Assembly: GCA_951406725.2 (NCBI GenBank)
Contig: OX597818.1
Location: forward strand, 6,386,001-6,450,000
Length of the DNA stretch: 64,000 bases
From: Octopus vulgaris
Lineage: Eukaryota
Direction of reading: 5' to 3'
Positions 58,516 to 64,000 of the stretch are shown here, piece after piece. The translations under genes were made by a program, and so were the position numbers. Below the pieces are notes generated by a model. It saw only the letters and a program-made list of their open reading frames with translations, did not search any database and had not been told where the DNA came from. The number at the start of each line of letters is the position of its first letter. Positions within the stretch are counted from its first letter, which is position 1.

Positions 58516-58859
58516 GAAGGTGGCGAGCTGGCAGAACTGTTAGCACTAAGCTATTTAATGTGATATTTCACGTACATGTGGCTCAAGGGACCAAATTGAA
58601 TAAGCATAAACTATCGCTGGTTGACAAAGCAATTCCAGCCCACGTGATGTTAGCTGAAACGCGCAAAGGGACTTTTATACATAAATATATTTATATAAAC
58701 ACAACACTGCCGGAGACAGCTAGTCAAACAGGCGTGGATGAGGTGCTGAAAGAAATAAAGCAGAACATTCAGTATATCTCAAGAGCTAAGCAATTTACGG
58801 TCATTTCAGTGTTCAAGACATGGGCCAATAGTATCGAGTCTTCCAGATGGTAACTAGAT

Positions 58860-60740
58860 AGAGTAATTTGTAGGCCTACAGACAAGTAACAGACATGCGT
58901 TATCCCGAAGATCTCTAGCCAATACAACCTCCACCTCACGCACTATATCACAGGAAGGGTACGGATGGAAAATAACACAGGTGGAACATGACACGGGTGA
59001 GCATGCGGAAGGAACATGACACAGTGGATCAATCAAAAGCTTTTGATAAGGTTGATCATCAATACTTGGAGGCTGTCTACGTGGCGGCCGGATTTGGTCC
59101 CGGTTTTAGTAGGGTAGATCGCTGCAATGTACAGCAACATCTGTTCGGTAATCAAAATAAACGCCCACCAATCGGAATCATTTAGCACCGATCGCTTGGT
59201 CCGTCTCGCACGCGCTAGCTCTCGAGCCATTACTAAGGAAAATGGGTATATTCCGCTTGAACTAAGATGCGGATGATTCGTTCCAGCTTGCGCAGACATC
59301 ACCATAATACTATCGGACATCTCTGAAATCTAGGTAATAGACCTAACTAAAAGAAGTAGGAAGCGGTGATAGGAACAAAGATTATTCAGTACAAGTGCCG
59401 AATGCCTGCAGCTGGACACCTAGAAGGACAGGTCCATGCCAGGCGAGAGCATTGTAGGGATAAAGGACAATTTAAATTCCACAGTCTGATTTGATCCGAA
59501 CCTTCAGCAACTGGGGTTAGGTGACAAGCAGGTAAGTCAATCTCACCCAGAAGTGCGCAGAGAGGAAGATGTCTTTGAGGGGTAGGTGGAGGTGGCGAAT
59601 GCGAACGTCACTTCCGTCATCTACTACCGCCAGACTGTTGTCATTTGCCCTAGTTTCATGGCTGATGAATCCGGAGCGCTTGCTCATCCGTTTCTATGGA
59701 AGTGACGTATTTCGCGCGTTAGAGGAACCATCTGGTGTCAACAGCGTCTGACTGGAGGTATGGGCATGCCGTGGCAAATGATTCACAGTATGGGCTGGGT
59801 TTGTGATATTTCATTACATTTCGTAACACTAAGCAGGCATGGTCACTGTTTGTCAGATATTATTTTCCACAGCTTGTTTCTTTGTCGGAGTTACAGTCCT
59901 GGATCAAAATTGAAAAAGGGCGCATCGCAACTGGGGTGCCGGCAAGCGCACACAGCCCGTTAACAGTCAGCTAATGCGATTGTTGGTAGTTTCGCCTTTG
60001 GAGTTCTATAGGGGATTAATGGTGGTCAAGGGGAGGCGGCAAAGACCTCGGAAAAATGCTTGGCGTCGAGAAAGATTAATTAACTGGTCTTCATTGGATG
60101 ATTTCTTGGCAGGGGCCTAAAAATAATTTCCATAAATCTCTGGTTTGGTAGTGCTACCGGAGAGCCCTTCCGGTTTAGGACAAGCTCTAGAGGCACGGAA
60201 GTGCTGTCAGAGATGTGCGCAGAGTGAGGAAACCGTACTGCATGCACACGTCCAGCATCTGAGCATTGTTGATATGTGGCGCTTTGTCGAACTGCTGTTG
60301 ACGCGCTTAGGACGGACCCGGTTAGCAGCCAATTCAAGGTAGAAGCTCATCCCACCGCCTTCTTTTGTCTGAAAAGGAGGGCAGTTTTTCCTTTTACTGG
60401 TGGCTATGGCGAAAGAGCTAGTGGGGTGGTAGAGGTTGAAAATAGTGAAGATGGGTTCATTCCTCTTCGGCCAAGCCTTCTCGACTTTTCAATTTCCACT
60501 TGTAAAAGAAAGTGAGGGTGGAGATGAGAGTACTTCCCACATCAGTATATTTTTGTTGAAAGGTGGGTGAGTGTGGCGAGGATGGCTCGCGTGAAAGGGC
60601 CTATACTGAACATACGATTGTAAGCTGGAGGAGGTGAGATGGAGAAAGGCACCTATTGGGGTGCCTCTGACGATCGGGGTAACCAAGATATGTGGGATTC
60701 CTAGGTCATCTTGAGGTGTAACTCCCATTCTTTAGGAGGT
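58860..60740 (+). mobile_element. Decayed L1/Tx1-like LINE ORF2 (RT + C-terminal zinc knuckle)
   Basis: DQSKAFDKVDHQYL..V..AAGFGPGF, SACADITII (decayed YADD) and CQRCAQSEETVLHA. Confidence 0.8.
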
Positions 60741-60934
60741 GTCTGTTGTTAAATTATTATAATTATTTTATGAGACAACAGCTTATGCCATCAAAGTGAT
60801 ACTGGATTACAATTTATGAAGCCCAATATACGCATCATGATTAGGCGTTTGATAAGGATGCATCAAGCACATGCATCGTATTCACATGTGCATGACATAA
60901 GGATCTTATATCAAGATAAACAACTTATGAGCTT

Positions 60935-61305
60935 GCAGGTGAGTCCTAGTTAGAATTTTCTTTAGGCTGAGTAACCTATCCCGATCAAAAGGTCCCTAAA
61001 TGAGATTTGTTTAAGGATGATGAACGAAACATCCACGTTTCCAGAGGTGAATTTTTCAACCCCACCAAAATTCCTCTCAACACTCAGCTATGATGCTCCC
61101 CAACTACTTCTGCTGGTGATCAAAGATGCACATATCGTAAGCCATTAAATGAGATGCTCAGCTGGTTAAGGTGAAATAACTGACAAGTAAATCTGTGGAA
61201 TTGAGCAGAATAATTGCTGTAGCTAGTCTTTTATACCAAAACAAAACAATTTATATGATAACACTACCAATCATTTAAGACCAAGAGCTATGACAGTCAC
61301 TGCCT
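60935..61305 (-). mobile_element. SINE-like interspersed repeat, family uncertain
   Basis: Non-coding ~370-bp block with higher complexity (CTCAACACTCAGCTATGATGCTCCCCAACTACT) that resembles conserved-domain SINEs; recognised by resemblance only. Confidence 0.35.
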
Positions 61306-61329
61306 TATTATATTATTATTATTATTATT

Positions 61330-62492
61330 CAGTAGTTTTATTTTTATAGCGTGCTTTCATTTCACTACCGAGCACAGCTCTGTGTGCCTTGGGTATGTGC
61401 TGTGATTTGTTGTGATGCTCTGATGGTTATTGTATGGAAAGTGTTCTGCGTAGGATGTGTGCAGTGCATAGCAGTGCAATTTTCTGTATGTTATATGTGT
61501 TTGTAAGTCCTGGTGTTTTTGTTATGTATTTGTCTGAATATTTTTTTATCATACCTAATGCACCTACTATGATAGGAATTGTTTCTGTTTTCAGATTCCA
61601 CATTCTAGTTACCTCTATTTCCAGGTCTTTGTATTTTGAGAGTTTCTCCATTTCTTTTAGAGACACGTTGTCATCAGTCGGTATTGATACATCAATTAGA
61701 AAGTTTTTTTTTCTTCATGATCTCTGACAACTATATCTGGTCTGTTGGCCTTAATTTCTCTATCTGTGTGTATCGGCATATCCCAGAGTATGGTTGCTTT
61801 CTCGTTTTCTGTGACCTTTTCTGGTGTGTGCCTATACCATCTTTTTTCTGTTGTTATTCCATAATGTTGGCATAGATTCCAATGTATGTAGGTTCCAACT
61901 CTGTCGTGTCTGTGAATATATTCCTTCTTAGCCAGGACTGGGCAGCCAGGGATAATATGATTTATTATTCTGCAGTTACTTGTAATATTTCTTTTCATTA
62001 CATGTTTTTGGTAATTTCTGGTGGTGAGGCTTTGGTCTTGTGCTGCAATTAAAAATCCCTCTGTCTCTGCTTTGAGTCCTGAGCTTCTCAACCATTGCTG
62101 GGATTTTTCTTTGTCTATTTCTTATGCGTTTAGTTTAGTCCAGTATTTACCATGAAGGGGCTTTTCTTGCCATCGTTTTATCATGGTTCGTTGCTGTTCT
62201 ATTTTTAGTTTGGATTTCATTTGTTTTATAGCTTTTGTTGTTTCTTCATCGTCTTCTTCTTCATGTTTATTAGGTGGTATGATTTCTTGTTTGTATTTGT
62301 CAGCTTCCTTAAATACTGAGAACAGTTTTTTGCTTTGCTCGTGTTTTGCCGCTATCTGGATCAGTTTTCCTTCCTTCTGAAGTAGATATTTTTGCAGGTG
62401 GTCATTTTATATTAGTTTTCCAGCTGTATAAGGCATCTACCACCTTCTATACGTTGTATATATAGTCGTTCTATGTCAGATTTTGGGTGATG

Positions 62493-62495
<3 letters not shown>
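61330..62495 (-). mobile_element. R4/Dong young-family copy 2, 5'-truncated
   Basis: Nearly identical to 3957-5160. (TTA)n at 61306-61329 and 62494-62553. Small deletion in the CCHC. Confidence 0.93.
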
Positions 62496-62553
<58 letters not shown>

Positions 62554-62556
<3 letters not shown>

Positions 62557-64000
62557 TAGTTTTATTTTTATAGCGTGCTTTCACTTCACTACCGAGCACA
62601 GCTCTGTGTGCCTTGGGTATGTGCTGTGATTAATTGTGAAGCTGTGATGGTTACTGTATTGAAAGTGTTCTGCGTAGGATGTGTGCAGTGCCTAGTTGTG
62701 CAATTTTCTGTATGTTATATGTGTTTGTAAGTCCTGGTGTTTTTGTTATGTATTTGTCTGAATATATTTTTATCATACCTAATGCGCCTACTATGATAGG
62801 GATTGCTTCTGTTTTGAGATTCCACATTCGATCTATCTCTGTTTCCATGTCTTTGTATTTTGAAAGTTTCTTCATTTCTTTTAGAAACACGTTGTCATCT
62901 GCTGGTATTGATACATTAATTAGAAAGAATTTTTTTCTTCATGATCTCTGACAACTATCGGTGTGTATTGGCATATCACAGAGTATGGTTGCTTTCTCGT
63001 TTTCTGTGACCTTTTCTGGTGTCTGCTTACACCATCTTTTTTCTGTCGTTATTCTATAATGTTGGCATAGCTTCCAGTGTATGTAGGTCTCAACTCTGTC
63101 GTGTCTGTGAATATATTCCTTCTTAGCCAGGACTGGGCAGCCAGGGATAATATGATTTATTGTTTCTTGTCCATCTCCACATATTCTGCAGTTACTTGTT
63201 ATATTTCTTTTCATTACATGTTCTTGGTAATTTCTAGTGGGGAGACTTTGGTCTTGTGCTGCAATTAAAAAATCCCTCTGTCTCTGCTTTGAGTCCTGAG
63301 CTTCTCATCCATTGCTGGGATTTTTCTTTGTCTATTTCTTTTGCATTTAATTTAGTCTAGTGTTTGACATGAAGAGGCTTTTCTTGCCATCGTTTTATCA
63401 TGGTTCGTTGCTGTTCTAGTTTGAGTTTGGATTTCATTTGTTTTATAGCTTTTGTTGGAAATGCTACGTTTGTCTTCGTGTTTTACTATCTCAGTGTCTA
63501 TATTATTTGGCATTGTTCTGTGACTTCTATCTACATTTTCCTGATATATTTTTTCTTTTAAATGTTCTATTTCTATTTCTGATATCTTTTGTGTTGGGAA
63601 TATATCTTCGTATGTTAGCTAGTTTATTAGGGTTCATTGCTGTATCCAAGTATTTATTTATGTTATTTTTCATCCATATTTTATATGTATATGTTGTTGT
63701 GTTTACATTCTTTGGGTAGAGCACTGCTGTAACGTAAGCATGTAGGATTGAAATATATTCCTCACGTGTCCATTTATACCTTTTTGCTTTTATTTGCGGG
63801 ACATGAGTAATAACGTCCGGCCCTTTATTTTGACGGTCGTCATTTTCGTAGGGTACTGGTCCGTTCATTTCTGTTGTCACATTGTTTTGCACATGTAGGT
63901 TTTTGTACTTTTTGTATAACAAGTTTAAAGTACGCACTTACCGATTGTTATTCTTGGCTTGAATAATACCGGTATTATTTAATTTATTTGTAGTTTTTTT
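62554..64000 (-). mobile_element. R4/Dong young-family copy 3 with N-terminal region fused to C-terminus (RT deleted)
   Basis: 62554-63457 matches copies 1 and 2. 63458-64000 encodes RYKWTREEYISILHAY...NKLANIRRYI (Myb-like N-terminus of R4/Dong ORFs). The element runs off the window end. Confidence 0.85.

Overview
AT-rich, repeat-dominated animal DNA, most likely intergenic or deep intronic. The SINE/LINE content looks cephalopod (octopus)-like, which is an inference. No intact host protein-coding gene, tRNA, rRNA or CRISPR array was found, and most ORFs in the track are microsatellite artefacts or decayed transposon pieces. DNA transposons: two full-length copies of one mariner family, several other Tc1/mariner remnants, a FLYWCH-MULE element, a minus-strand Helitron (5'-TC, 3' hairpin-CTAG) and a MITE with 185-bp TIRs. 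Retroelements: R4/Dong-type restriction-endonuclease LINEs stacked in (TAA)n tracts, RTE, Tx1/L1 and Gypsy remnants, a gag-only LTR element and SINEs with clear TSDs. The most notable signal lies outside the ORF track: at least three near-intact type I hammerhead ribozymes (14212-14295 -, 51283-51325 -, 53100-53144 +) and two decayed ones. They sit in unrelated non-coding repeats and have the palindromic stem III typical of Penelope-like elements and retrozymes. Independent copies of both the Dong and the mariner families also share identical -1 frameshifts at homopolymer runs.
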